Under the pieces are notes generated by a model. It did not search any database and had not been told where the DNA came from. It saw only the letters and a list, made by a program, of their open reading frames with translations. 64,000 nucleotides of DNA, from the NCBI GenBank assembly GCA_963729955.1, contig CAVSQA010000019.1, positions 69,385 to 133,384 on the forward strand, written 5' to 3'. The position numbers and the translations under genes were made by a program. The stretch comes from an uncultured Gemmatimonadales bacterium. Its GTDB lineage: Bacteria > Gemmatimonadota > Gemmatimonadetes > Gemmatimonadales > JACORV01. Shown piece after piece: positions 49,727 through 61,669 of the stretch (within the stretch, counting starts at the first letter, position 1; every line of letters begins with the position of its first letter).

Positions 49727-50687
49727 TGCCTCGGGCGCGCTGGAGCGCGGGCGCCAGGTGCTGCAGCAGGAGGCCGGCGCCGTCGCGGCCGCGGGACAGC
49801 GCCTCGACCAGCGGTTCGCCGACGCGGTGGGCCTGCTCCTGGCCTGCCGCGGCCGCATCGTCGTCTCGGGCGTCGGCAAGTCCGGCGTCATCGCGCGCAA
49901 GATCGCCGCGACCCTCACCTCGACCGGCTCCCCCGCGTCCTACCTGCACGCGGTGGACAGCGTGCACGGCGACCTGGGCATCGTGGGCCGCGACGACGTG
50001 GCGATCCTGCTGTCCAAGAGCGGCGAGACGGACGAGATCTTTCCGCTGGTCGGCTACCTCAAGCGCCTCGGTGTACCGCTCATCGCCATCACCGGGGGAC
50101 TCGAGTCCACGCTGGCGCGCCACGCCGACGTCACGCTCGACGCGTCCATCGCCGCCGAAGCGTGCCCGCTCGATCTCGCCCCCACCACCAGCAGCACGGT
50201 GGCCCTGGCCCTCGGCGACGCGCTGGCGGTCGCGCTGTTCGAGGCCAAGGGGTTCAAGGCCGACGACTTCGCGCGCCTCCACCCCGGCGGGGCGCTGGGA
50301 CGCCGCCTCCTCCTGCTGGTCCGGGACGTGATGGTGACGCGCAACCTGCCCACGCTCGGCGCCGGGGCGAGCATGCGCGAGTGCGTGCTCCTGCTGGCCG
50401 AACGCCGCGGCACGGCGGTGGTGGTGGACGGGGCGGGGACGGTGCAGGGCGTCGTCACCGCGGGCGACCTCACGCGCCTGATGGAGCGGCGCAACGACTT
50501 CCTCGACGTGCCGGTGAGCGAAGTGATGACGCGAACGCCCAAGCTGGCCAGGCCTGAAGAGCTGGGCAGCACGGCCGTCAACCGGCTCGAGCAGCACGGG
50601 ATCATGGCGATGCCAGTCGTCGACGACGCCGGGGTGCTGGTCGGCGTCGTGCACCTGCACGACCTGATGCGCGCGGGGGCGGCGTGA
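49710..50687 (+). CDS. kdsD: Arabinose 5-phosphate isomerase (KpsF/GutQ, SIS+CBS)
   Basis: SGVGKSG, HGDLG, APTTSST, HPGGALG, VHLHDL. Confidence 0.93.
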   Translation: MSPLADASGALERGRQVLQQEAGAVAAAGQRLDQRFADAVGLLLACRGRIVVSGVGKSGVIARKIAATLTSTGSPASYLHAVDSVHGDLGIVGRDDVAILLSKSGETDEIFPLVGYLKRLGVPLIAITGGLESTLARHADVTLDASIAAEACPLDLAPTTSSTVALALGDALAVALFEAKGFKADDFARLHPGGALGRRLLLLVRDVMVTRNLPTLGAGASMRECVLLLAERRGTAVVVDGAGTVQGVVTAGDLTRLMERRNDFLDVPVSEVMTRTPKLARPEELGSTAVNRLEQHGIMAMPVVDDAGVLVGVVHLHDLMRAGAA

Positions 50688-51298
50688 GCGGCGGCCGCAC
50701 CGGGCCGCGCACCGGCGCGGGCGCCACGCCTCGCGCGTCGCGGCGCCGGGTCCTGGCGCCCGCGGTGGTCGGCGGCGCCTGCGCCCTGGCGGTCCTCACC
50801 GCCTGCGGCGCGCCCGACCGCAACGTGGCCGCCGCGGGCACCCCCGCCGACAGCGCCGACCAGACGATGTTCGGCCTCAGCCAGATTCTCACCAAGGAGG
50901 GGGTCAACCAGGCGTACCTGCAGGCGGACACCGCCTTCATGTACGAAGCCAGCGGCCGAGTGGACCTGCGGCACGTCAAGGTGACGTTCTACACCGCGCA
51001 GGGAGTGTCGCAGTCCGTGCTCACGGGCAAGACCGGGACCTACTGGACGCGCACCAACCAGATGTCCGCGCGCGGCAGTGTCCTGGTCGTGCGCACGGCC
51101 GACCAGGCGCGGCTCCGGACCGAGTTCCTCGAGTACGATCCCGCCAAGAACGAGGTGCGCACGGACCAGCCGTTCGTGGCGGACAAGGGGGAGCAGCATT
51201 TCGAGGGGGTGGGCTTCGTCTGCGACCCCGGGTTCGTCAACTGCACCAGCCAGCAGACCAAGGGCAGCGCGGGCCACCTCGTGATGCCGGCGCGCTAG
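50684..51298 (+). CDS. lptC: LPS export periplasmic protein LptC (possible lipoprotein)
   Basis: Position between kdsD and lptA/lptB; beta-jellyroll-like sequence; LTAC lipobox-like motif. Confidence 0.75.
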   Translation: MSGGRTGPRTGAGATPRASRRRVLAPAVVGGACALAVLTACGAPDRNVAAAGTPADSADQTMFGLSQILTKEGVNQAYLQADTAFMYEASGRVDLRHVKVTFYTAQGVSQSVLTGKTGTYWTRTNQMSARGSVLVVRTADQARLRTEFLEYDPAKNEVRTDQPFVADKGEQHFEGVGFVCDPGFVNCTSQQTKGSAGHLVMPAR

Positions 51299-51299
51299 G

Positions 51300-52910
51300 A
51301 TGAGAGCCATCGTCTGGCTCGCGCTCGGCCTTGTGGCTGCGGCCGCCCCGGCCCTCGCGCAGGGGCCCGCCGGATCCACCTGCAACGTGCAGATCGACTC
51401 GAGCCGGCGCAGCCGGTACGTGCAGGCCCCGGGCGGAGGCTACGACACGTACGCGGGCGGCGGCATCTGGGCGCACTGCCGCGAGCAGCCGACCACGATG
51501 TACTCGGACTCGGTGGCCTGGTTTCCGGAGCGCGACCTGCTGTTCCTCGTCGGCCACGTCCGCTTCCAGGACAGCGTCTCGCGCCTCACCGCCGACCGGG
51601 TCACCTACTACCTGCAGCAGGAGCGGTTGTACGCCGAGGGCAACGTCTACACCAAGAACCTGCACACCGGCTCCGACCTGCACGGGCCGAACCTCGACTA
51701 CTACCGCGTGGCGCCGCCGATCCGGGATACCTCGGAGAGCTTCGCCAGGCAACGCCCGACCATACATTTCTATTCGTCCACGGCGCCCCGCGGCGCCGCC
51801 GCCGACAGCGTCGAGCCCTTCGTCGTGGTGGCCGACCGCGTCAAGATGCGCGGCGACGACCAGATGTGGGGCGGCGGGAACCTCACCATCAACCGCTCCG
51901 ACCTGGCGGCGGCCGGCGACTCGGGACAGCTCGACCTGGGCCGCAACGTGGGGACGCTCCTGGGCCAGCCGCAGGTCAACGGCACGGGCCGGGACGCGTA
52001 CCACCTCAACGGCGATCGCATCACGTTCCGGCTGACGCCCGCGCACGAGATCCAGCACGTGCTCTCGTCCGGCCAGGCGGTGGCCCACGGCGTCGATTGG
52101 CGGCTCAAGGCGGATACCATCGACCTGACGCTCGACAGCAGCAAGGTGCAGCTGGCCGAGGCGTGGGGGCGCAACCAGCGCGCCGACGCCGTGTCCGGAC
52201 CCCACACCATCGTCGCCGACTCGCTCGACATCCACATGCCGGCGCAGCTGGTGCGCCTGGTGTGGGCCTACGGGCATGCCCGGACCACCACCCGGGACAC
52301 GACGGTGCGGGACACCACGGGACTCTATGCGGCCGCACGGGACACCACGCCGCGAGACACGACCGCGCGGCGCGACTCGGCGCTGGCACGCGCCAACGGG
52401 GTGCGGCGCGACTCGACCCTTGGGCGCGCCGACGGGGAGCGGCGCGACTCCGCGCTGGTGCGCGCCGACGAAGACTGGATGACGGGTGACACGCTGCGGG
52501 CGGACTTCGCGGTCGTACAGGACAGCGCCGGCGGCAAGCCCTCCTCGGAGCTCCGCCACATGACGTCGTTCGGCTCGGCCCGCGCCCTGTATCACGTGGC
52601 GCCCGCCGACACGGCCGCGAGTGGCGGCCGCAAAGGCGTGAACTACTCGCGCGGCCGGCGCATCGACATCGCCACGGTCAGCTCCAAGATCCAGACGGTG
52701 GACGTGGTGGGGCAGGTGGACGGTGTGTACATCGAGCCGCTGCCGCCGGCCGCCGACACGTCGAAGGCACGCTCCGACAGCACGGGGGCACCGCCCGCGG
52801 ACACCACGCGCGCGGCGCGCGCCGACACGACGCGCGTCCCCGCCGCCGACACCACGGCGCACCCGGCGCCCCCGCCGCCGCGACGCCCCGCCCGGAAGCC
52901 CGGCCCGTGA
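51300..52910 (+). CDS. Extended LptA/OstA-like periplasmic protein with low-complexity D-T/S repeats
   Basis: Signal peptide; repeated jellyroll-like motifs ([21 protein letters not shown]); located between lptC and lptB. Confidence 0.7.
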   Translation: MRAIVWLALGLVAAAAPALAQGPAGSTCNVQIDSSRRSRYVQAPGGGYDTYAGGGIWAHCREQPTTMYSDSVAWFPERDLLFLVGHVRFQDSVSRLTADRVTYYLQQERLYAEGNVYTKNLHTGSDLHGPNLDYYRVAPPIRDTSESFARQRPTIHFYSSTAPRGAAADSVEPFVVVADRVKMRGDDQMWGGGNLTINRSDLAAAGDSGQLDLGRNVGTLLGQPQVNGTGRDAYHLNGDRITFRLTPAHEIQHVLSSGQAVAHGVDWRLKADTIDLTLDSSKVQLAEAWGRNQRADAVSGPHTIVADSLDIHMPAQLVRLVWAYGHARTTTRDTTVRDTTGLYAAARDTTPRDTTARRDSALARANGVRRDSTLGRADGERRDSALVRADEDWMTGDTLRADFAVVQDSAGGKPSSELRHMTSFGSARALYHVAPADTAASGGRKGVNYSRGRRIDIATVSSKIQTVDVVGQVDGVYIEPLPPAADTSKARSDSTGAPPADTTRAARADTTRVPAADTTAHPAPPPPRRPARKPGP

Positions 52911-54105
52911 GCGACGCGCTGCTCACCCAGCTGCGCGGGCGCGACCCGTCCGTCTGCCTGGCCCTCGCCGCGCTGATCCGCTCGGCGGACGAGCAGGGCG
53001 CGACGCCCTTCGGGGCCGCGGCCGTGGCCTACCGCGAGGACTACCTCGCGGCCCTGCGCCGCTCGGCCGGCGACGCCGGGCACGCCGACCCCGGCACGCT
53101 CTCGGTGGACGACGTGCGGCGCCATCTCGCCACCTCGGTGCTGCCGCGACTCGCCACCGAGTCCATGATCCTCGACCCCGGCCGGGGCTGGGACGAGAAC
53201 TCCGTCGTGCAGTTCCGTCCGGAGACCTGGACCTCGATCAACGCGGACCGCGATCGCGCGCGCCAGCAGCTGCTGGAGGCCGCGTGGCAGGGGATGATCA
53301 CCCACGACACCGGGGAGCACGCCGCGGCGACCGAGCCCGGCGCCCCGGCCGGGAGCGTCCTCGAGGCGTTCGGGCTGCGCAAGACCTACAACCGGCGCGC
53401 GGTCGTGGACGACGTGAACGTGCGACTCGGCCAGGGGGAGATCGTCGGGCTGCTCGGGCCCAACGGCGCCGGCAAGACCACCACGTTCTACATGATGGTC
53501 GGCCTGATCGCCCCGGAAGCGGGCCGCATCGTCCTGGACGGCGACGACATCAGCGGCGCTGCCGATGTACCTGCGCGCGCGGCGCGGCATCGGCTACCTG
53601 GCGCAGGAGCCGTCGGTCTTCCGCAAGCTCACCGTCGAGGAGAACCTGCTCGCCATCCTCGAGACGCTGCCGATCTGCCACGAGGAGCGGCAGCGCCGGC
53701 TCGAAGACGCTGCTGGACGAGCTGTCGATCCGCCACCTGCGCCGCAACAAGGCCTACTCGCTCTCCGGCGGCGAGCGGCGGCGCCTGGAGATCACCCGCG
53801 CGCTGGTGACGCATCCCAAGTTCATGCTGCTGGACGAGCCGTTCTCGGGCGTCGACCCGATCGCGGTGCACGACATCCAGACCATCGTCGCCGGCCTCCG
53901 GCACAAGGGCATCGGCGTGCTGATCACCGACCACAACGTCGAGCAGACGCTCGACATCGTGGACCGCGCCTACATCATGTTCGAGGGCCAGGTGCAGGTC
54001 TCCGGCACCGTCCGCGCCCTGGTGTACGACGACCGGGTGGCCGAGCTGTACCTCGGGCCCACCCTCACGGCGCGCCTCCGGGCGCGCCTCTCGCCGGCCG
54101 CATGA
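52907..54105 (+). CDS. lptB: LPS export ABC ATPase with a ~145-aa N-terminal extension (frameshifts near 53555 and 53705)
   Basis: [59 protein letters not shown]. Confidence 0.9.
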
Positions 54106-55564
54106 AGACCTCGCTCGGCCAGCACACCGTCCTCCGGCAGGACCTGCGGATCAATCCGCGGCTCTACCAGGCGATGGACCTGCTGTACATGCCGCTGCTG
54201 GACCTGCAGCAGCACCTCAAGCAGGAGCTGATGGTCAACCCCTTCCTCGAGCTGCTGGAGCCCGAGGAGGAGGAGGAGACGCCGCCGACCCAGGAGAAGC
54301 GCGAGACGCCGGAGCCGGCGGACACGCGGAGCAGACCAACTGGGAGGACATCCTGCTCGACGGCTTCGACGACGGCGACTCGGCACGGCCAGACGGAGGA
54401 CGCGCGAGTACATCGAGCCGGTGACCGTGCAGGGGCACGACCTCGCCGAGCACCTGCGGGACCAGCTGCAGCTGCTGGAGCTGGACGACCGCCAGCTGCT
54501 CCTCGCCGAGGAGTTCATCGGCAACATCGGCAGCGACGGCTACCTCGTCGGCCTCGCTCGAGGAGATCGTCGAAGGGCGCGAACGACCTGCAGGACGAGT
54601 TCGCCGCCGAGCACGCGAATCTGAAGCGCCGGCGCGGAGCCGTACGCGCTCGAGGAAGCCGAGACGCATGCTGGCGGTCATGCAGGCGCTCGACCCGCCG
54701 GGCGTCGCGGCGCGCAACCTGCGCGAGTGCCTGATGCTGCAGCTCAAGGACAAGGGCGGGACGGAGTCGCTGGCCTACCGGCTCCTCAACGAGGCGTACG
54801 ACGACCTGATCGCGCACCGCTGGAGCGATCTCGCCAAGCGGCTGGGCCTCGACACCGGCGAGGTCCAGGCGGCCGCCGACGAGATCGCCAAGCTCGACCC
54901 GAAGCCGGGCCTGCGCTACAGCCCCACCGAGGGCGACTACATCATCCCGGACCTGATCGTCGAGAAGATCGACGGCAAGTACCGGGTCTTCCTGAACGAC
55001 ACCAACCTCCCGCGGCTCCGGCTCTCCCGCGCCTACCAGGAGGTGGCGCGGGACAAGAAGAAGTTCGTGGGCGAGAACCGGGAGTTCATCACCCAGCGGC
55101 TCAACAGCGCGCAGTGGATGATCCAGGCGATCGAGCAGCGCCGCCAGACGATGCTCAAGGTGATGAACTTCATCGTGGACCGGCAGCACGACTTCTTCGA
55201 GAAGGGGATCGAGCACCTCAAGCCGCTCACGCTGCGCGAGGTGGCCGAGGTCATCAACATGCACGAGAGCACGGTGAGCCGGGTGACCAACGAGAAGTAC
55301 GTGCAGACGCCGCGCGGGGTCCTGCCGCTCAAGTTCTTCTTCTCCAGCGCCCTCTCGACCACCACGGGCGAGGACGCCAGCGCCCGGGCCATCAAGGCGC
55401 AGATCCAGAAGCTCGTCTCCGAGGAGGACACCCAGGAGCCGCTCACCGACCAGCAGATCGTCCAGAAGCTGCGCGAGAAGGGCGTGCGCATCGCGCGGCG
55501 CACCGTCGCCAAGTACCGCGACCAGCTGGGCATCCTGTCGGCCCGGATGCGGAAGCGCGTATGA
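54102..55564 (+). CDS. rpoN: RNA polymerase sigma-54 factor (several frameshifts at 54330-54670)
   Basis: [21 protein letters not shown], RpoN box ARRTVAKYR. Confidence 0.95.
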
Positions 55565-56554
55565 GCCTTGCCAGCGGCCGGGGCCCGGTGCGACGTCAGC
55601 GTGCTCGTGCCGGCGAAGGACGAGGCGGAGAACCTCCCCGAGTTCGTCGCGCAGGCGGCCGCGGCGCTCGCGGCCGGCGCCGTTCACGGCCGAGGTCGTC
55701 GTGGTGGACGACGGCAGCACCGACGCCACGCCCCAGGTCCTGGCGGACCTCGCGGCGCGGCACCCGTTCCTCCGCTGGGAGCGCCACCGCACCCAGCAGG
55801 GGATCGCCGACGCGCTCAAGACCGCGGGCGACGCCGCGCGCGGCGACATCCTCGTCTTCTATCCCGCCGACCTGCAGTACCTCCCGGCCGAGATCCCGTC
55901 GCTGGTCGCCCCGATCCTGGCGGGCGAGGCGGACCTGGTCACCGGCACCAAGCAGGGGCACTACGAGAAGGCGTTCGTCTCCGGCATCTACAACGGGCTG
56001 TGCCGCCTGCTGTTCGGCATCCGGGTCACCGACCTCAACTCGGTCAAGGCGTACCGGCGCGCGGTGATGAACGCCGTGCCCGGCGCGCCCGACTGGCACC
56101 GCTTCTTCGCCGTCGTGGCCGCGCGCGCAGGGCTTCGTCCTCGCGGAGCGGCCGGTGACGCTCCAGCCGCGCCGGCGCGGGGCGGAGCAAGTTCGGGATC
56201 GGCCGCATCCCGGTCGGCGTGATGGACCTCCTGTCCGTCTGGTTCCAGCTCAGGTTCGGCCGCAAGCCGATGCTGTTCTTCGGCGTCTCCGGCACGATCC
56301 TCTTCCTCCTCGGCTTCCTGGCCGGCGTCGCGGCGCTGATCATCCGCTTCGGGTACGGCGTCGGGTTCCGGCCGCTCCTCAACCTCATCGAGACGCTCGT
56401 CATCTCCGGGATCGCGCTGTTCGGGTTCGGCTTCCTCGGGGAGCTGCTGGCCGGCCAGCGCGAGGAGCTGCGTGAGGTCCGGCGGGAGATCGGCCGGCTG
56501 CACGACGCGGCCCAGGCCCGCCGGGAGGACCCACCCACCCAGCACGCCCGATGA
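55561..56554 (+). CDS. GT2 glycosyltransferase with C-terminal TM helices, ArnC/GtrB-like (frameshifted)
   Basis: SVLVPAKDEAENL, VVDDGSTD, ADLQY, two C-terminal TM segments. Confidence 0.85.
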
Positions 56555-57161
56555 CGAGAATCGCCCCGGGGTCCGAGGAGCTGAAGGGGTTCTACCGCGA
56601 CCGCAGCGCGTGGCGCAGCGGCGGCGAGGAGCGGATGCGCTTCCGCAAGGCGGCGCGGCTCGCCCGGGTGGCGCCCGGCGCGGCGGTGCTGGACATCGGG
56701 TGCCGCGACGGGGGCCTCAAGCGCTACCTCCCGCCGGACGTGCGCTACCAGGGGATGGACATCACCCCGGAGTTCGCCGCACCCGACATCGTGATCCGGG
56801 ACGTCTCGGACGGCATTCCGTTTCCCGACGCGAGCTTCGATCACGTGTTCTTGATCGAGGTGTTGGAGCACGTGCCGAACCCGTGGGGTGCGCTGACCGA
56901 GATCCACCGGGTGCTGCGCCCGGGCGGCGTGCTCGCGCTCTCGGTGCCGAACCCCTATCACGTCAAGGAGCTGATCTGGAACCTGTTCCGCATTCCGGAC
57001 CGGCAGGGACACATCTACGGATGGACGCGCCAGAACATGACCAAGCTCGGCGAGATGAACGGGTTCCGGCTGGACGGGTTCGCCGGCACGTACCTCCACC
57101 CCCCATCCCGATGCCCGCCCTGCTCGCGCGCTCGGTCATCTACCGCTTCCTGAAGCTCTGA
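56551..57161 (+). CDS. Class I SAM-dependent methyltransferase (frameshift near 57105)
   Basis: VLDIGC, PFPDASFD, EVLEHV, RVLRPGG. Confidence 0.88.
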
Positions 57162-57201
57162 CGTTGGCGGGCGCTCCGCTCACTGCCGCCTCCGGCCGCC
57201 C

Positions 57202-58384
57202 GTGCGGATCGTCAGCGTAACCCACGATTACCCGCGGCACGACGGCGACCTCGCCGGGGCGTTCATCGAGCGCCTGCTGGTCGCGCTCAGCCACCGGGGC
57301 CATCTGGTGGAGGTCGTGACGCCGGCGGACGGCGGCGCGGGCGGGCGCCGCGAGGCGCAGGGCGTGGCCGTGACGCGGGTGCGCTACGCGCCGGCCCGGT
57401 GGGAGACGCTGGCGCACCGCGGGACCATGGCCGCGGCGCTGCGCACGCCGCGGGGCGCCGCCGCGCTCGCGTCGCTCATCTGCGGCGCAGGCGCGGGCCG
57501 TGCGCGCCGCCACCCGGAGCGGCGCGCCGGTGGACGTGGTGCACGCGCACTGGTGGATCCCGGGAGGGATCAGCGCGTGGCTGGCGGCCTCGCCCAGCTC
57601 GCCGCCCTACGTGGTGACGCTGCACGGCACCGACGTCGCCGTCCTCGGCCGCTCGGCCCTGGCCCGCGCCGTGGCGCGACGGGTGCTGCGCCGCGCGGCG
57701 GCGGTGACGGCGGTCTCCTCGTATCTCGCCGATCGCGCGGCGGCGCTGGCCGGTCTCGATCGGCGCGACGTCGAGGTGCAGCCGATGCCGCTCGAGACGG
57801 CGAGCCTGGCGCACCAGAGCGCGGGAGGCGGCGGGGTCGTCACCGTCGGAAGGCTCACCGAGCAGAAGCGCATCTCGCTCATCCTCGACGCCCTGGTGGC
57901 CCTGCGTCGCCGCGGCCGGCCGCTCTCCCTGGGGATCGTCGGCGACGGCCCCGCGCGCCGCGCGATCGCTGAGCGCGCCGCCGCCCTCGGCGTCGCCGAG
58001 CAGGTGCGCTTCGCGGGCGGCGTCGAGCCCGGGCGCGTGGGCGAGGCCATCGGCGACGCGGACGTGTTCGCCTTCACGGCCGTGGGCGAGGGCTTCGGCC
58101 TCGCCGCCGCCGAAGCGCTCGTGCTCGGGATCCCCGTGGTGGCGATGGAAGGCGGGGGCGGCGTCGTCGACGTCGTGCCGCGCACCGGAGCGGGGCGCGT
58201 GGTGCCCGACGGCGACGTGGAGGCCCTGGCGAGCGCGCTCGACGAGCTGGCCAGCTCGCCGGACGCCCGCCGCCTCGCCGCGGAGTTGGGCGCGCGCTTG
58301 AAGCGGCAGCTCTCGCCCGACACGGTCGCGGCGCGCTTCGAGTCCATCTACCAGCGCGTCGCGCGCGAGGCGCGCCATGCCTAG
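57202..58384 (+). CDS. GT4 (GT-B) glycosyltransferase (frameshift near 57485)
   Basis: VHAHWW, TLHGTD, VGRLTEQK, EGFGLAAAEA. Confidence 0.88.
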
Positions 58385-59294
58385 ACGCTGGCGCCTGGCG
58401 GTGCAGCTCCTGGTGGCCGTGGTGGTCCTGGCCCTGGTGGCCAGGACCGTGGCGGGCAACTGGACCAGCTACCGCTCCCTCCACGTCACCCTCCAGCTCC
58501 GGCTCGGCTGGCTGGCGGCGTCGGTCGCCAGCCTCGGGCTTGTCTCGGCCCTGCAGATCGAGTCGTGGCGGGTCATCCTGGCCGGCTGGGCCCAGCGCCT
58601 GCGCTTCCTCTCCGGGGCGCGCATCTGGTTCCTCGCCAACCTGGGCCGCTACGTGCCGGGCAAGGTGTGGAGCGTCGCCGGCATGGTGGTCCTGGCCGAG
58701 CAGGAAGGGGTTCAGCGCTGGGCCGCGGCCGCCTCGGCGGTGGCCGTTCAAGCGCTGGGGATCGGGACCGCGGCGGCGCTCGTGGCCGCCGCCACGCCCC
58801 ACGCGGCGTCGCCCCTGCGCCTTGCAGGGGCCGTGCTGCTCGCGTGCCTCACGATCGGGCTGCTGGCGTGGAAGGGTGCCCTGGCGCGGCTCGGGCGGAT
58901 GGTCGGGGCCACGGCCGAGTGGCGGGCGCTCCCCGTCGGTGCGGTGCTCGCCTCCGCGGGCCTCACGCTGCTCGGCTGGGCCGTCTACGGGTTCTCCTTC
59001 TGGGCGCTGGGCCGCGGGCTCGGGCTGCCGCCGGCGCTGCCCCTGGCCGACGCTGCGGGCGTGTTCGCTCTCGGCTACATTCTTGGCCTCCTGGCGCTGT
59101 TCGCGCCGGGCGGCCTCGGCGTTCGCGAGGGCGTGTTCTACGTGCTGCTCACGCCGTACCTGGGCACCGGAGGCGCGCTCGCGCTGAGCGTCGCGTCTCG
59201 ACTCGAACTGACCGTCACGGAAGCCGCGGCCGGGCTCGGAGCCCTCACGCTCGGCGCGCGCAAGGGAAGGGGACCGCGTGACCCACGATCCTGA
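58377..59294 (+). CDS. UPF0104 / LPG-synthase-TM-like (flippase-like) membrane protein
   Basis: Multi-TM; GRYVPGKVW and PGGLGVRE motifs. Confidence 0.8.
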   Translation: MPRRWRLAVQLLVAVVVLALVARTVAGNWTSYRSLHVTLQLRLGWLAASVASLGLVSALQIESWRVILAGWAQRLRFLSGARIWFLANLGRYVPGKVWSVAGMVVLAEQEGVQRWAAAASAVAVQALGIGTAAALVAAATPHAASPLRLAGAVLLACLTIGLLAWKGALARLGRMVGATAEWRALPVGAVLASAGLTLLGWAVYGFSFWALGRGLGLPPALPLADAAGVFALGYILGLLALFAPGGLGVREGVFYVLLTPYLGTGGALALSVASRLELTVTEAAAGLGALTLGARKGRGPRDPRS

Positions 59295-61669
59295 GACACC
59301 GGCTGCCGGCTACGAGCCGCGGCGCCCCACCCTCGTGGCGGCGGGCTTCTTCACGCTGTGGGTGGCGATCCTCTCGCTCCCCATGCTCGCCGGCCAGTGG
59401 CTCGCCAAGGCGCCGTGGAGCGACCAGTACGCCGCCGGCTACGCCTTCCGGACCTGGGGTGTCGAGCAGCTGAAGCGCACCGGGCACATCCCGCTCTGGA
59501 ACCCGGAGATGTTCGGCGGGCTGCCGTTCGTGGCCGCCCTGCACGGCGACATCTTCTACCCGACCTCGTGGCTGCGCCTCCTCTGGTCGATGCCGACCGT
59601 GATGGACCTCGGGTTCGTCATCCACTACATCGCGGCCGGCCTGTTCACCTACCTGTTGCTGCGCCGCCTGTCGGTGCCCTGGATCGGCGCAGTGGTGGCC
59701 GGCGTCGGGTACCAGCTCTCCGGCCTGATCGCGTCGTACCCGCTCCCGGGGCACGACGGCAAGCTGTTCGTCTCCACGCTGCTGCCGCTGGCGATGCTGG
59801 CGCTGGTCCTGGCCCTCCGGGAGCGCCGGTGGAGCGGGTACGGGCTGCTCGCGCTGTCGGTGGGCCTCGCGCTGCTGAGCCCGCATTTCCAGATGACGTA
59901 CTACATGCTGATCGCGGCGGGCCTGTTCGCGCTCTACCTGACGTTCGGGGAGCCGAGCGAGCGCCCGGCGCGGACAACGCCTGGGCGCCCTCGCCCTGGC
60001 GCTCGGAGCGGTCATCCTCGGCTTCGGCCTCTCGGCGATCCAGGTCCTCCCGTTCACCCAGTACCTGCCGTTCTCGCCGCGGGCCCAGGGGTTCCACGGC
60101 TTCGAGGGCGCGACGTCGTACGCGGTGCCCTGGGTGCACGTGCCGGAGTTCTTCCTCAAGCGCTTCACCGGCCTCAAGGAGACGTACTGGGGCCCCAACG
60201 GCTTGAAGCTCCACTCCGAGTACCTGGGCCTTCCGGTCATCGCGCTGGCGATCCTCGGGGTCGGGGCGGGGCGGCGCCGCCGGCTCGTCCTCTGGCTCGG
60301 CGGCATCGGGCTGCTGTTCCTGCTCGTCAGCCTCGGCGCCGGCACGCCGTTCTACCAGGTGTGGTGGGCCCTGATGCCTTACGTGAAGGCCACCCGTGCC
60401 CCGGGAATGGCGTTCTACGTCGTCGCGCTGGTCGTGGCCATCTTCGCCGGGCTGGGCGCGGCGCGACTCGAGCGGAAGGAGGGCTCGAAGCACGTCACCG
60501 GCTGGTTCGTCGCCGCCGGCGCCGTGCTGCTGCTCGCCCTGGTGGGCGCCTTCGGCGCGATGGCGCTGAACTACGCGGCCTCGCACGAGGCGGCCCTCGG
60601 CCTGCCGATGGTGCAGGCGGCCCAGGCCGACCAGTCGGCCATTCGGTGGGGCGCCGCCACCAGCGCCCTGGCGCTCGGCCTCGTCGCCGCGATCGCGCTG
60701 CTGTGGCTGAGGGGCCGCCTCTCCGGCGCGTGGTTCGGCGCCCTGCTGGTCGTCGTCATCGGCACCGATCTCTGGCTCAACGCGACGGCGTACTGGGTCT
60801 ACAGCCCGGCGCCGCCCAGCCTGTTCACGCCCGACCCGATCACCCAGCGCATCAAGGCCACGCCGTATCCCTATCGCGTCCTCGACCGGGCGGGCGTCTA
60901 TCCCCCCAGCGGCGCCGCGCTCATGGCGTTCGACATCCCCCAGGTGCTGGGCCACCACGGGTTCGAGCTGAACAGCTACGATCAGCTGCTCGGCGGCCAG
61001 AACGTCTGGGCGAACCTCGACCGCTACCTGCCGCTGTGGGACCTGCTGGCCGTGCGCTACCTGATCTGGCCGACGGGAGGACAGGATCTGGAGACGAACG
61101 CCGGGTTCGCCCTGCGCTTCCACAAGGTGCTGAGCGCCGTCACGACCTCTTCCGGCGTCACGGCCAACCTCTACGAGCGGACCGATTCCGTGCCGTATGC
61201 CCGCGTCGTGCCCGCGGCGGTCAAGGTCCCGGACGAGCAGATCGTTCCGACCCTGATGAACCCCCGGCTCGATTACGGCCGCCTCGTCCTGCTGCCCCAG
61301 GATGCGCCGGTCGTGACGCCGCCCCTGGAATCGCTTCCGCCGGCCATGGCGAGCCGCGCTACGGTGACGACCTGGGAACCCGGCGCGATGACGGTGCGGC
61401 TCGACCCGGTGCCCGAGCACGATGCGTACGTCGTGGTGAGCGAGAACTGGTACCCCGACTGGCACGCGACCGTGGACGGGCACGACGCGGCGGTGCTGCG
61501 GGGGCAGTACACGCTGCTCACCGTGCCGGTCCCGAGGGGCGCGCGCCTCGTGCGGCTGCGGTTCGCCAGCCGCAGCTACCAGGTGGGGAAGGGCGTCACG
61601 CTCGCCTCGCTGGCCGGCATCGTGATCCTGCTCGGCCTCCCCCTCGCCCTCCGGAGGCGCGGTGGCTGA
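59278..61669 (+). CDS. YfhO-like GT-C membrane glycosyltransferase (frameshift near 59975)
   Basis: PLWNPEMFGGLPF, many TM helices, HFQMTYY, C-terminal SENWYPDWHATVDG followed by a final TM. Confidence 0.8.

Noticed and set aside
52368..52475. Three 36-bp direct repeats, CRISPR-like in length
   Set aside because: Tandem with no spacers, degenerate, in frame within a CDS (12-aa repeat), and no cas genes nearby
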